From: Octopus vulgaris
Lineage: Eukaryota
Assembly (NCBI GenBank): GCA_951406725.2
Contig: OX597823.1
Coordinates: forward strand, 37,386,001 to 37,450,000
Reading direction: 5' to 3'
DNA: 64,000 nt
The position numbers and the translations under genes were made by a program. The notes beneath the pieces were generated by a model, which had not been told where the DNA came from, made no database searches, and saw only the letters and a program-made list of their open reading frames with translations. This document shows positions 24,284 to 38,514 of this stretch, piece by piece (within the stretch, counting starts at the first letter, position 1; the number at the start of each line of letters is the position of its first letter).

Positions 24284-24960
24284 CATCATTATCATTGTTT
24301 GACATCCGTTTTCCATGCTGGCATAGATTGGATAGTTTGACTGAGATCTGGAGAGCTAGCTGCTGCACCAGGCTCCAATCTGATCTGGCAATGTTTCTAC
24401 AGCTGGATGCCCTTCCTAACACCAACCATCCAAGAGTGTAGTGGGTGCTTTTTACATGCCACCAGCACGGGAGCTAGTCAGGTGGACCTGGCATCGACCA
24501 TGTTCAGATGGTGCTTTTTAAGTGCCAACAGAATGGGAGCCAGTCAGGGGGCATTGACCACAACTGCAATTTTGGTTTTACTTGACTCAACAGGTTTTCT
24601 CAAGAGTATCATATCACCCTACGCATCAAAAGTACTCTTAAATGGGCCAGACATGCAACACTGACATCAGCCATGGCTGCGATCTCACTTCAGCTGCTGG
24701 GTCTTCTCAAACACAGCATATCTCCAAAGGTCTCGGTCTCCTGTCATTGCCTCTGTGAGGTCCAATGTTCGAAGGTCATGCTTCACCATCTCATGTCTTC
24801 CTGGATCTACCTCTTTCACAGGTTCCTTTCACAGTTAGAGAGCAGCACTTCCTCACACAGCTCTCCTCATCCATACATAACACATGACCATACCAGTGCT
24901 GTCATTTCTCTAGCACACCATCTTTGATGCTTCTTATGTCTAACTTTTCTTTCAGGGTGC
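24284..24960 (-). mobile_element. RTE LINE 3' fragment (ORF C-terminus plus 3' UTR)
   Basis: Homologous to 31180-31910; encodes decayed RLVWSCVMYG-like and RPRKTW motifs. Confidence 0.85.
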
Positions 24961-25091
24961 TTACATTCTAAAGTGATAGTAAGATATACAACATAAAAGT
25001 AAAAATGATTATGGAGGCGAAAATTTACCTGACAAAGTGTTTGTGGGGGAGGGGCTGACAATGTGGGTGGCTGTGGAGGGATATAGGCACG

Positions 25092-27515
25092 ATGTTTCAA
25101 GTGTGGAGAGAAAAAGCTGTGAAGGAAACATCAGCAGACAGACCAGAAAGTGCAGCAGAAGGGAAGGATGATAGAACAACGGAAGAAAAGAACCAAACTA
25201 CCAAGGAGATGGAGTTTACAATGGGAACTCAGAAGCGTAAGAAGGCACAAGTCCCTGATTTCCCTCCCCAAACAAAAAAAAAAACACTAAACACACAGAC
25301 ACACAAATCCAAACTCCCCAGTCCAAGCCCACAGCAAGGCCATTTGCCAAACCCTTCCCCTAACTACAAGTAAAAACTACAGAGTTCTGGAAAAAGAACA
25401 AGCCATTAGCGAGAGTCATTAGAGCACACCATGACACACAAGTGTTTAGAGTAATGGAAGAAACATGGATGGACGTTAGGTATGCAAAAATAATCGAGAA
25501 ACTGTTTATGTATATGAAGGCAAGGTATCCGTAAGACATAAGAGACATAACTGCCAAAGTGGCAGAGGGTAAACATATTATAAGCCCAACTGCCACACCC
25601 AGGAAAAGCCCAGCAGTGACATCTAATAAAGAAAAGGAGAGGGAGGTAGGTGAATTTGTACAGCTCCTCCCCAAACTGAAAATGTGAGTAATCTCTTTCC
25701 TTTTATTATTCAAAAATGATTAAGTTAGGGTGCATAAATGTGTGTGGACTGGGGTCGAAATGGAAACAGGCTTGTTTTCTGGACGACCTCACGACACGTG
25801 ATATAGATGTAGCAGTTGCAAATGAGTCCAAGATGAGTGGATCACAAGCATTCTCTCCTCTTCTGAATGACTATAAGAAAATTGTTTCTCCTAGCCAACG
25901 AGGAGTGGGGGGGCGTAATGGTCTTATTCAGGAAGAACTTGAACTTGCAGGTAAGTACTGTCTTTCTGGACCCAGAAGTAGGCTGGTCGTCCTGGATTTA
26001 ACTCACGAAAGTAAAGTCCTCCAGGTTGGTAGCTATGTACACTCCTAACAAGCATGGGCAGTTAGGTTTTTTTTGAGACCTGGAGCACTTTCTAATGATG
26101 TCTAAAACGGTAGTTCTGTTAGGAAACTTTAACACTATACTCGATGTATGGGTGGATAGTGTTGGTTCAACAGATAGGAAAGGAAATCTTGGCCTCAAGG
26201 GTCTACTAGAGAACTATCATCTAGTAGACCATTACAGACTGGATGAGCTGTTCATTTCACAGTGGACATGGAGTAATGACAACGACTCTCGCAGATCTTA
26301 CATAGACAGGGTATTCATTAGAGATAGAGATAAGGATACTTTTAGTTTTCCACAATTTGATATAGTATCTTACACGGATCACAAATTTGTGACGTGTGAG
26401 GTACAGTTAAATAAATGTCATAGACAGGGACCCAGGCAAGTCTATTTTAACTTGTAAAGCTTTCTGTGTCCGAAATAAGGAGTTAGTACAGAGGGCACTA
26501 TGTGGCGCCATCATTAATAATACATGGTGGCATGCCCTCAAGAGAGCCATTCATTTAGAGTCTATTAGATTTAGCAATCAGCTAAGTTTAGATAGATCTA
26601 GAATAGAGGATCGCTTAGTTAAGAACTTAGACGAAGCCTTGGAATCTGGCTCTGCATCTAGAATGCTGGCAGCGAAAACAGTCTTGTACATTCACCTCAA
26701 CACCAAGCACGAAGGCTGCAGAGTTAGAGCTAAGCTACGTGCAGTGGGGTGAGAAGGTATTAACATTGCCAGATGGGCACATCGTGTGGAGAGTCAGAGG
26801 GGTAAAAAAGCCTCTATAAAGTCTTTAACAGATGAACAAGGGTGCAAGATCTAGGGACAGGAAAAGATGCAAAAAGGCCTTTCATCAGCATTTCACATGG
26901 TTGTTCAGGCAAGGCAGTGTGCTAGAACGTGGGGAATCCCTAAAGGGCTTCCTCACTGGTGGGCCACGATTCTCAGTACGGGAGCCAAGATGCTGTGAAG
27001 GACTGATTACAACTACGCCAGTCAAAGAGGCATTGGCCGAGTGTGCCAGGTAGAAGTTGCTGGGGTTGGATAGTCTACCCTATGAGTTTTATCGCAGCAT
27101 GCCAGACTTATTTGGGGACCTGCTGGCCAGTGTCTACACAAACTGGCAACAGAATGGGAGAATTCCCAGCTCTGTGTATCAGGGAGTGGTGAGGCTGATC
27201 CAGAAGGACCCGAGCAAGGTGAATATTATAAGCAATTACAGGCCCATAACTCTTCTCAATGTAGAGTTAAAGATTTTGGCCAAGATGTTAGCTAAAAGGT
27301 TGACGTGTCATGAAGAAACTTGTAGGGAGGGTGCAGACATGCACCATCCTAGGCAGGTTGATCCAAGACAATCTTCACCTTATCCGCTACACCTTGGACA
27401 CGTTGGGTAAATTAACCAGCAAAGGTGAGGCACTGGTCCATTCAGACCAAAGTAAAGCATTTGATAGGGTAGACCACCAGTACCTGGCAGTGGTCCTCGA
27501 AGTGGCTGGGCTGTA
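25092..27515 (+). mobile_element. Tx1/L1-clade LINE: ORF1 remnant (25092-25700) and decayed ORF2 APE endonuclease plus RT N-half (25716-27515), 3'-truncated
   Basis: INVCGL, AVANESK, LLGNFN, SYIDRVF, YTDHKFV; LGLDSLPYEFY, NYRPITLLNVELKILAK, GRLIQDNL, DQSKAFDRVDHQYL. Confidence 0.9.
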
Positions 27516-29579
27516 GGTATACTAGTTATTAACAATCCTTCATGCTCAAGATAATTCTTCAACAAGAAGGGAAAACAATAAAACATTTGTTAATTCAATA
27601 TAAAGGTTAGGATGTTTTCATAGAGACAGGGAGCTTCTAAATGAAAAAGTTAGATTCTGATCTTAGATAGTATGTACAAAAATTTGTGACACAGGAGAAA
27701 AACAGGCTCAAAAGGAGGACTCATTACTTTCTGGGTGATATCATCTTTTATATTGAAGTGCTAATCATAGTCCTGCAATGTAAAAAATCTGTAATGCTGT
27801 GGAAAGGGGATGGTAAGAGTAAGTGAGAGAGACAGAGTTGTATGATAAACAATACAGCTGAAGCTAAATGGAAAAATGAAGATTATCAATCAAGAAAAGA
27901 AGACAAAATATGAACACTGATGAAGATAAGCAAGAATATTTTACACAAGAGAAAACAGATTAGAAGAGAAAACAGATTAAAAGAGAAAACATGACTGAAG
28001 ACAACAGACAAGATCTCCAAGAAATTAACCACAGGACATTGCTCTTCATTGTCTGCTTTGGTATGGTTCTATGATTGGAGGCTCTTCCTAACGTCAACTA
28101 CTTCATGGAGTGTATAAGGTAGATTTTTCATGACACCAGCACTGGTGAGGTCACCAAGTAAATCACAAAACAAAGGAAAAAGATGGTGATGCTAGACCAG
28201 GTGACTGAGATTAAGTCTATCAGCCAAAGAGGCTATGGTTCGATTTGAAGTCACAACCTGAACCGTGTAAAATATCTGATTCAACCTTCTTATAGACCTG
28301 TCAAGCCACTGCTATGGGTTAGTAGTTCTTTTATCAACTCCTGAAAGGATGAATGGTAAAGTTGGCCCCTGTGAGATTTGATGGAACCAATAGCACACAG
28401 TATTTTGTTCAATGCTCTACTGACTCTGCCAATGATATGATTTGAAGGAGATTTCTCAGCTATTTTTAGCAAGGAAAGTGACCGCATTGGGATTCATTTT
28501 CAAACTTTGTTAGCATAGCACTAAGGAACTCCATCAGAAAAGGAAATTAAATGATGTTTAACAACTAACACCACCAAATAGAATCACTGTAACTTCTATA
28601 TACCATTAGATTCAACCACTGTTGGCAATTATAAAAGACAAGCACTTCAAGACTGAAGTTAGCATAATTTCTATAACAAAGCATTGATTGGGTGCGGAGA
28701 AAAAATTTAGGATGCCGGAGGTTATTGTTGGGATTTTGAACCCCTTCTGCCATATTTAAGGGGATAAACACTCCTCAACAACAGCAACTAATTCATAGCA
28801 TTTGTAACCTGAAGATCAACAGCTTAATTTCATTCATTTACTGCCAGACAGATGGCGCCAAAACACCATCTGGGGGTAGGGAAGTTATGTGAAGAGAGGG
28901 AGGGATGTAGGAGCCGAATGAAATGGAAGTAGGTAAAGGAATAGAAAATGTTAAATTATCACTCAAATAAGAATTATTCAGCGATTAATTCTAATTTAGT
29001 GTAAATATAAATTTAGATATTTAAAATAAATGAATTATAAAGACATGAAAATTTATAAACTGGAAACAATGTCATTTTTATTTGAGAATATAAAAAAAAA
29101 TAATTAAGTTCTTCATTTCTTTAAACAAAAAAATAAACAGTAGCAACAATAATAAAAATAATAATTTTGGAGTATTTTTATTTGTGTTTTACTGTTTTTA
29201 TTCTTTTTTTTTCAAATTCCTAAATTCTTTCTCAAGACCATCTAACCATTACTCTTCTCAGTTCTGTTGGTATTTCCTCTTTACTTTCACCTCCTCTCCA
29301 CCTCCCACTCTACCAAACCTTCATTTTTAATTACCATTATTTATTTCTTGGTAGCGCTTATCTGATGTTTCCATGTACAAACATTGCAGAACCAACATCA
29401 AGAATACTCTAAAAAACAACAACCAACATAATGGGTCCTCGTCACTCAAACTTGCAGTCGTTCAGTAGATGCGACCAGGGTTCACCCCCCAACCCCTGCC
29501 CCAGTTCAATTTACACTAAACAAACTACTTTTCAGATAACACTTTGTTGTTTTTTCACATAAACTAATGTTAAATTATC

Positions 29580-29750
29580 TGTGTGTGTGTGTGTGTGTGT
29601 GTGCACGTGTGTGTGTGCACGTGTTTGTTTGTGTGTGGATAATGGGTTTGTGAGTGTTTGTGAACGACTGTGTATGTGTGTGTATATCTGCTTCCATGCA
29701 TATATGTGAGCGTATGTGTATATATGTATGCCTGTCCGTGTGTGCTTGTG

Positions 29751-29796
<46 letters not shown>

Positions 29797-29901
29797 CACA
29801 TATATACATACATATATAAATATACATATATATATACACATATATATATACACATATATATATACATATATATATACATATATATATATACATATATATA
29901 T

Positions 29902-29942
<41 letters not shown>

Positions 29943-29955
29943 TATATATATACAC

Positions 29956-30006
<51 letters not shown>

Positions 30007-30050
30007 TATATATATATATACATATAAAATATATATGTGTGTGTGTATGT
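29580..30050. repeat. Compound (TG)n/(TA)n/(CA)n microsatellite
   Basis: Seen directly. Confidence 0.95.
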
Positions 30051-30144
30051 ATAGGTTCAAAATGTCAGACTTTTCCACTCTTCTCCAGTGTCAAACTAAT
30101 ACACCTGCCTGTTGTCCCTCACTTGTCTTTTGTTTTCTGTAAAT

Positions 30145-31910
30145 TTCAACTTAGCTTAGATGAGATGCAGTTTGGGTTCGTGCCAGGGAAAAGTACTACT
30201 GATGCTATATTCCTGGTAAGACAGCTGCTGGAGAAATACCTAGCCAAAGGTAAGCCCCTGTACCTGGCTTTTGTTGACATGGAGAAAGCCTTCGACAGGG
30301 TCCCCCGATCCCTTATCTGGTGGTCAATGAGGAAACTAGGGATAGATGAATGGTTAGTGAGAGCTGTGCGAGCCATGTACAGAGACACTGCTAGTAAGGT
30401 GAGGGTTGGCAACGAGTACAGTGAAGAATTCCAGGTAGAGGTTGGGGTCCACCAAAGATCAGTCCTCAGTCCCCTCCTATTTATCATAGTCCTCCAGACA
30501 ATAATGGAGGAATTCAAGACAGGATGCCCCTGGGAGCTCCTCTATGCTGATGACCTTGCTCTAATTGCTGAGTCAGAACTGGAGGAGAAGTTTCAGGTGT
30601 GGAAGCAAGGATTAGAATCGAAGGGCCTTAGCCAGAACCTAGCCAAAACCAAAGTTCTAATAAGTAGGAAGGTAGACAAATCACAAACGCCTTCAGGTAG
30701 AAACTCTATAAGATGCACCAAGTGTAAGCTATGGACACATAAGAGGTGTAGCAATGTCAAAGGAAAGCTAACTAGGAAAATAGTTTTTGTCTCTGGCAGA
30801 TGCTCAGGAGCAATAAACACTGAAAATGTGCAGAGACCAACTTCTACCACATTCCAGGGAGAAAAACTAGAAGTAGTTGATAGCTTCCGTTACCTAGGTG
30901 ACCAAGCGGGGATGGGCGTGCCGAAAGTGTAACTGCTAGAGTAAGAATAGCCTGGGCAAAGTTCAGAGAGCTCTTACCCCTGCTGGTGACAAAAGGCCTC
31001 TTGCTCAGAGTAAAAGGCAGACTGTATGATGCAAGTGTACGAACAGCCATGCTACATGGTAGTGAAACATGGGCCGTGACTGCTGAGGATATGCGTAAGC
31101 TCACAAGAAATGAAACCAGTATGCTCCAATAGATGTGTAATGTCAGTGTTCATACTCGACAGAATGTAAGTACCTTGAGAGAAAAGTTGGACCTAAGAAG
31201 CATCAGTTGTGGTGTGCAAGAGAGACGTTTGCGCTGGTATGGTCATGTGACGAGAATGGCTGAAGATAGTTGTGTGAAAAAGTGCCACACCCTAGCGGTT
31301 GAGGGAACCTATGGAAGAGGTAGACCCAGGAAAACCTGGGACGAGGTGGTGAAGCACGACCTTTAAACTTTAGGTCTCACCAAGGAAATGACTAGAGACC
31401 GAGACCTATGGAAGTATGCTGTGCGTGAGAAGACCCAGCAGTGAGACCATAACCCATGGCCTCTACCTGGGATGTAGCCAGTCGACTTATGCATACCCTT
31501 CCTTCTTGGGACACAAAACTCCACTTGTGAAGACCCGTTGAGGCAAGTGGAAATCAGAACCAAAATTGAAGTCGATCAACATCAATGGAAATTGCAGCTG
31601 TGATACCAGTGCCAGTGGTACGTAACCGAACCATCCGATCATGGCCGCTGCCAGCGCCGCCCCGACTGGCCTTCGTGCCAAGGCACGTAAAAAGCACCAT
31701 CCGACCGTGGACATTTGCCAGCCCCATCTGGCACGTAAAAAGCACCCACTACATTCACGGAGTGGTTTGCGTTAGGAAGAGCATCCAGCCATAGAAACAT
31801 TGCCAGATCAGACTGGGCCTGGTGAAGCCTTCTGGCCCAGACCCCAGTTGAACCATCAAACCCATGCTAGCATGGAAAGCGGACGCTAAATGATGATGAT
31901 GATGATGATA
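30145..31910 (+). mobile_element. RTE-clade LINE, 5'-truncated: RT, 3' UTR and (TGA)n tail
   Basis: [68 protein letters not shown]; tail tgatgatga. Confidence 0.95.
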
Positions 31911-32210
31911 AATTATATTAGAGATAAAACCACTATTAGGCAGTGAAAAACAGTGAAAATCATAAACCAAAACATAAAAACAAATATAATTAATATAATA
32001 TACAAAATATATAAAATATAAAATTAAATTATGTAAATTTAAAATTTTTAATTTATATTTATAAATTTTTATATTTTTTTATATTTTTTTAAATCTTAAA
32101 TTTATAAATTTTTAAACTTTTAATTTTTTAATATTTATATTTATTTATTTATTTTTTATATATAACTATCAAAAAGGTATTAAAAAGTTTAATATAATAT
32201 AATAAGTAAA

Positions 32211-32308
32211 ATCACTACGTACGTTTCATGGCCATAACCCAATTCGAATTACAATAATTTACATTCAATTAAAAATTCGAATTATAATCATAGTCAATCT
32301 TCAGGTTA
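32211..32308 (-). ncRNA. Hammerhead-like motif with extended stem II in an AT-rich PLE-type remnant (~31920-32310)
   Basis: Minus strand reads CTGAAGA-t-tgactatgattataattcgaat..attcgaattgggttatggcca-t-GAAACGTACGTA. Stem III is palindromic and stem I is weak. Confidence 0.55.
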
Positions 32309-32327
32309 AAGATAATAGTTAAATAAA

Positions 32328-32336
32328 TATACATAC

Positions 32337-32368
<32 letters not shown>

Positions 32369-32474
32369 ATACATATACATACATAAATATATATATATAC
32401 ATATATATATACATATACATACATATATATACATATACATACATATACATACATATATATACATATACATACAT

Positions 32475-32517
<43 letters not shown>

Positions 32518-32600
32518 CATACATATATATATACATATACATATACATACATATATATATACATATACATACATATATATATACATATACATATACATAC

Positions 32601-32635
<35 letters not shown>

Positions 32636-32769
32636 CATACATATACATATATATATATACATATATATATACATATACATATATATATATATACACATAT
32701 ATACATATATATATACACATATACATATACATACATATATATATACATACATATATATATACATACATA

Positions 32770-32801
<32 letters not shown>

Positions 32802-32804
32802 CAT

Positions 32805-32846
<42 letters not shown>

Positions 32847-33000
32847 ACATATACATATATATACATACATATATATATACATATATATATGCATATATAT
32901 ATATACCTATATATACGCATATATACACATGTATATATACACATATACAGATATACATATGCATATATGCATATACATATATGCATATACATACATATAT
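32328..33000. repeat. Compound (TA)n/(TACA)n low-complexity tract; a similar tract lies at 33520-33822
   Basis: Seen directly. Confidence 0.95.
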
Positions 33001-33516
33001 CATCATTATCATCATCATCATCTAATGTCCGTTTTCCATGCTAGCATGGGTTGGACGGTTCGACTGGGGTCTGGAAGCCAGGAGGCTGCACCAGGCCCCA
33101 GTATGATCTGGCAGTGTTTCTACAGCTGAATGCCCTTCCTAAAGCCAACCACTTCGTGAGTGTAGTGAGTACTTTTTAGGTGCCACTGGTACTGGGGCCA
33201 GAGGGGGCTGGAAATGGCCACGTTCGGTTAGTGCTTTTTACCTGCCACTGGCATGGACACCAGTCAAGGCGGCGCTTCATCGGCCACATTCGGATGGTGC
33301 TTTTTACATGCCACCAGAAATTTTCATTTGATTTTATTTTAATGTTGATGCACTTGACTCAATAGGTCTCCTGAAGCACAGCAGGTTGCCCTATGATCCA
33401 AGGTTAGCACAGCAGGCCGTCCTGCGAGCCATGAACTCACTTCATTTGACGGGTCTTCTCAGTCACAGCATATCTCCAGCCTTCGAAGGTCATGCTTGAC
33501 CACCTCATCCCATGTC
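33001..33516 (-). mobile_element. RTE LINE 3' fragment
   Basis: (cat)n tail and 3' UTR homology to 31340-31910. Confidence 0.85.
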
Positions 33517-33724
33517 ATCTATTTATATATATATACATATATATAAATATATGTATATATACATATATTTATATATACATACATACATATATATATATAC
33601 ATATACTTATATATATATACACACATATATATATATACATATACTTATATATACACACATATACATATATACATATACTTATATATATATACATATATAC
33701 ATATACTTATATATATATACACAC

Positions 33725-33773
<49 letters not shown>

Positions 33774-33849
33774 CATATACTGTATTTATATATATACATA
33801 TATTTATAAATATATGTATATTTAGAATCCTGTGGATTCTAAATGACAT

Positions 33850-34070
33850 GGCTGTAGTGTCTAACAAGGAAACTGTCCAGAAGAGTTGCAGGAGATTCCA
33901 AAGTCGTCTGGAGACTGATTGAAGCCAATGGCGATTTTAGTGAATAAATTTACTCTTTAGTATTTCAAGATATTTTTAGGTAATTTTGTTAAATATATCT
34001 GTTAGAATGAGATGTCAGTGTTATTTTCATTTTTGCATAATTTAGACAACAGTTTATTCGCCGCATCCTG
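33850..34070 (+). mobile_element. 3' end of a maT (DD37D)-like transposon
   Basis: [26 protein letters not shown], then a TIR ending ccgcatcctg-TA. Confidence 0.7.
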
Positions 34071-34278
34071 TATATATCATATATACACTATAGGAGATAT
34101 ATAGAAAGGGGAGAATTCACAAAAAAAGAAAAGGCGAAGATAGGTGGTGTAGACAATAAACAGATATATTAGTTTAATGCTCAGGAAATGAAAAAGTCTT
34201 TAACGTTTCGAGCCTAGAAAGGAACACAGAAAGAAACAAGGGGAGAAAATAAAGAATGTGTAGTGGCTAGAAATATAT

Positions 34279-34317
<39 letters not shown>

Positions 34318-34356
34318 CATGTGTGTGTATGTGTACATTATAGAAAGTATATAGAA

Positions 34357-34390
<34 letters not shown>

Positions 34391-34707
34391 CAGATTAATT
34401 GCAGGAGGTATATAGTAATATATTACATATACATTATAGGAGATATACATATATATTACATATACATATTTTACATATGTGTGAAAGAGTAAATGCAAGT
34501 AACAAGCCATCATAACAGAGCAGTTAAACTCCCAGGAAAACAAACTGGGAAACCTTGAGTGGATTCTGTAATACAATAATTTTGTTTACTCTAACATCTG
34601 TATGAAAGGCATGAATATCACAAAATCCCATTTACCTATGTCCTGAAATCAACAACAGCATTAAACACATGGCCTTAATATTGATAATCAAAAACCAACA
34701 CCCTTAA

Positions 34708-34919
34708 CCCTTTTGATACCAACCCATCTGAGACTACATTTAGTCCCGTGATATAAGCATTCTGCTATATGTGATCAAAATTTAAAACCTTCCATCAAAA
34801 TTTTTCTGTTAATTTATGTTCCAAGCACCAAATTTGTAATGGCAAAGTTATTTTACTAAATTGTTCATTATTTCTAAAATTAATTAAAGCAAAGGCAGTG
34901 CATTTTTGGTAACAAAAGG
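34708..34919. mobile_element. piggyBac-type MITE
   Basis: TTAA-cccttttgatacc ... ggtaacaaaagg-TTAA; sister copy at 46594-46814. Confidence 0.75.
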
Positions 34920-35449
34920 TTAAAATATGTGGCATTAATATTGGTGATCAAACAGTAACACTCTTAATCATATGGCCTTACCCTAATAAATACATTTTTT
35001 TCTAGTCAAGGGAATGCCTTCCATTTGAAAGTCTGTTTTATTGCTCAGCTGTTGCAATTAAGCAATATTCTGTTTTTGCAGCACCCAAAGGAATTAGCTG
35101 TTAAATGTTTATCTTTCACCAATATGCAACCTCATACATTTTACTTATCATAGCGATCTTACTATGGAATATTTTCCCAGATCTCTCATTATGATATGTT
35201 GTAAAAAAATAATAAAGGGATAATAATGGGTCCTAATATAGGCACAAGGCTAACAATTTTGAAACGTTAGTAAACAACGTTCACTGCAGTACTTGACTGG
35301 CACTTTATTTTATTGATCTTTAAAGGATGACTCCAGCAAAATTTGAGCCAGTTGAAATGCTGTAAAGCGCTTCTGCTGTAACTCTAACAATTTTACCAAC
35401 TTGCTACCCAAAGAGAGATAACGACAGCAGGGATAATAATAATAAATAG

Positions 35450-36137
35450 AAAACTTATACAAAATAACAACTGGACTGGACAAAGAGTAAAAGATTTGTA
35501 AATGTAATAAAGAAACATGATGAGCAAAAACTTCTTCTCTATACACAAAGAAGCAACAACACAGAAAGCAAGAACAGACTACATTGAAACAATAAATTTA
35601 GAAATCAACACAAAGAAATGGTTAAAGACACAAAAAAAACATCATGAACACAAAATTATAAAACATATTCAAGAAGAAATGGAGAGAAAATCCACTCCAT
35701 GGTCAATAACCTGCAAGGCTCACTAAAGAAGTAAGCAAAAGTCAACAATATCTCAGAAGCTCCAGCCCAAAAGCAGAAATGGAGGGACTGATCCAATCTG
35801 CAGAAGACCAATGTCTGACTACAAACAACTATAGAAATAAAATCATGAAAATGGACCCCAACACTAAATGCAGAATCTACAACCAGTACAAGACAGTTGA
35901 CTACATAATTTCCAGTTGCCCTGTCCTTACCAAGTCTGAGTATAATATACACAGGCATGATAATATTGATAACTACATCTACTGGGTAATATGCCAACAC
36001 GTCAATGTAAAAGCAAATAAGAAGTGGTACAAACATGTGCCAAACATGATAAATAGCAATAACCTGGCCACAATAAACTGTGATATGCCCATTCAGACTG
36101 ACAAAGAAATCAAGGTGAATCATTCAGACATAGTTTA
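35450..36137 (+). mobile_element. R4/Dong-clade LINE C-terminal fragment (zinc knuckle, RHD, start of the RLE endonuclease)
   Basis: EGLIQSAEDQCLTT..KCRIY..TVDYIISSCPVL..RHDNI..WYKH..IQTDKEIKVNHSDIV. Confidence 0.8.
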
Positions 36138-37059
36138 AAAATCCATGTAATTTGTGCACCTGTGTAATTTACGCAGGTGATTTTCAGGATAAAAATTATT
36201 AGAAAAAGCTTCTACTCATGTAAAATTTGCACCCAAAGGTTTTCAGAATTGTCAATATGACCAGGGGGAAAAGGTTTTCAATTTAGTTGTATTTAGCATA
36301 ATTCCACTTACTTATGATTGGATTTTATTAAATTTTCATAAAATAAAAATAATTTCTGTTTAACACATTAAAGCTATTAAATTACAAAGTGTTTGTGTTG
36401 ATTATAATAAACTTTAGTTTACTTTTCTTGCCCACAAGTGACTATGTCCAAACTTTAGCATACTGCTGTATGTCTTCTCAAATCACAATCACAGGAAAAG
36501 TCATTGATAAGAATTACCAACAAAAACAAAGCTGATGAATATGCACAGGTATTGCAAATTAAGTTTAATTACCAACAAGCATCACCTTGGATGACACTTT
36601 ACTCAACTGAGTAAAATATGGCTAAGACTGTGATCACCAGCATGAACATTAGACTTCAAAAAGTAGTTAACCATTTAATGATTTTAGTAAATTTATACAG
36701 AAAAAGTAAGCATTATACCATTCAGCATAAATAAAAGTCAACTTCATTCAATTTAAGCCCTTATTTTTTCTATAAAAAACTATTCTGACATTAAATGAGT
36801 CAACTCAGTTAATGCTTTAAACACAGCATGAGTATATAAATGAAGCAAAGCTAATATAGGTATTTTTATACCCAAAGATATTATTATAACTCCTAATTGT
36901 CTTAAAGCTGACAAAGCAATGATTTTTTTCATATCATATTCATAAATAGCACAAACTCCTGATATAAAAGTAGTTATAATTTAAATAAATACTATAAAAT
37001 TACAAAAATAACTTACCTCAATTAAATAACTATAAAACTAAATTAATAAATATACTCAT

Positions 37060-37735
37060 CTTGCTTCTTAAATGTTTGTGGGTGCATCACATTTTTAGCA
37101 AGTATTGTATTGTTAATTCTAACAGTGACAAGCAAGGATTCACTCTGTTATTTGATGTGCCATCCCAGACTGTTGTTTTCATTGACAATACAAATCTTGC
37201 ATCATATGAGGCCTCTTCCTCCCATGTTCCTAGGCACATACAGTGTCATTCCTTGTTAATTGTCATCACTTTTCTAGTTTTCCTGTTTATTTCCTCAAGC
37301 TCGTTCTTTGTCCATCTAACAACACTTGTGCCATATCACATTAAGGAAACAGCCCATGTGTTCATTGCCCTGATCTTGTTTTTGCCTTTGAGCCTTCTGC
37401 CCATAATTAATTTGGTTCTTCTGAGATATTCTCACCTAGAGGTTTCCTTTATTTCACTTTCCTTGATTTTGTTATATTCCAAACTCCCCAGATATTTATA
37501 ATGATTAGTTTCAATATGCCATTGGACAGTTCTACACCATCAGACAACACTACTTTGCCTTTTTGTATTATAAGCATACCACACTTTTTAGTCCCAAAGT
37601 TCATTCTGATATCCTTACTGATTATCTGCACTGTTGAAACTAGGCCATTTATTTCATGTTTGGTCTTCCCAAAGATCTTTAAGTCATCCATATAAAACAG
37701 ATGATTTAATCTTCCTCCACTTTCTAAGTGTACCC
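37060..37735 (-). mobile_element. R4/Dong-clade LINE RT fragment
   Basis: LNHLFYMDDLKIFGK..DIRMNFGTKKC, KYLG, NKIRAMNTWAVS, PRNMGGRGL. Confidence 0.8.
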
Positions 37736-37904
37736 CGATGTCACTTTCCATATCTGTGTGAGAGGTATCATACAAATCACAAACAGCAATGGTGATATAG
37801 GCTATCTCCTTCAAATATGCCTCTCTTGATGTTGACCCTTGCCAAAAATATACCACATGAAGTAAATAATAATAATAATTATTATTATTATTATTATAAT
37901 TCTT

Positions 37905-38278
37905 TCTTTATTGGCCAGAAAGACTGCAAAAAAACATCAATACAAAAACAAATGACAGTGGGGATTTACACAGAAACATATAAACAATAAAATAACAATT
38001 TGGAAAAGAATCTTTAAAAAACACCCCATTAATAGGGAACACACTATCCAGGGGCACCAAAGAGCCCCACAAATCCCAAGCCAACCTGTTCATCAGGAGT
38101 ACCATGGCAAGCTCCCCTTTCCCCTCTTCACTCCTCAGACTATAGGTGCCAACTTAGCGTAGGCCCATTCACTTGGGCCATGAACATTCACCAAACTTTC
38201 AACAAATTTATTGGGGGTAGCACATCTCTCTCAAATCTCACCTTCCTTTTCAAATGGAATTTTAAAAAGTTCCTCGAG
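37905..38278 (-). mobile_element. Probable Tx1-type LINE 3' end
   Basis: Decayed NFLKFHLKRKVRFER..KFVE..NV C-terminus, then a UTR ending in AATAAAG next to (TTA)n. Confidence 0.5.
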
Positions 38279-38514
38279 TCAAATTTTGGAACAAACTCAG
38301 CAATTTTGAGGGGAGAGCGCAAGTTGATTATATTGATCCCAGTACTTGACTGGTACTTAAATTTATTGACCTCCAGAAGGACAAAAGGAAAAACTGACCT
38401 CAGTGCAATTTGAACTCAGAATGTGAAGAGCCAAAACAAATACAGCAAGGCATTTTGTGCAATTCTCTCATTCTACCAATCCAGTCTTATATTATTATAA
38501 CAACAATAATAATC

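Noticed and set aside
29532-33922. Long YI/HT/CV-repeat ORFs (also at 3.3, 13.1, 20.5, 39.0 and 51.3 kb)
   Set aside because: They are translations of microsatellites that lack stop codons.
35450-37735. The two R4/Dong fragments as one inverted element
   Set aside because: They appear to cover overlapping protein regions with different sequence and are separated by unrelated DNA, so they are treated as independent copies.
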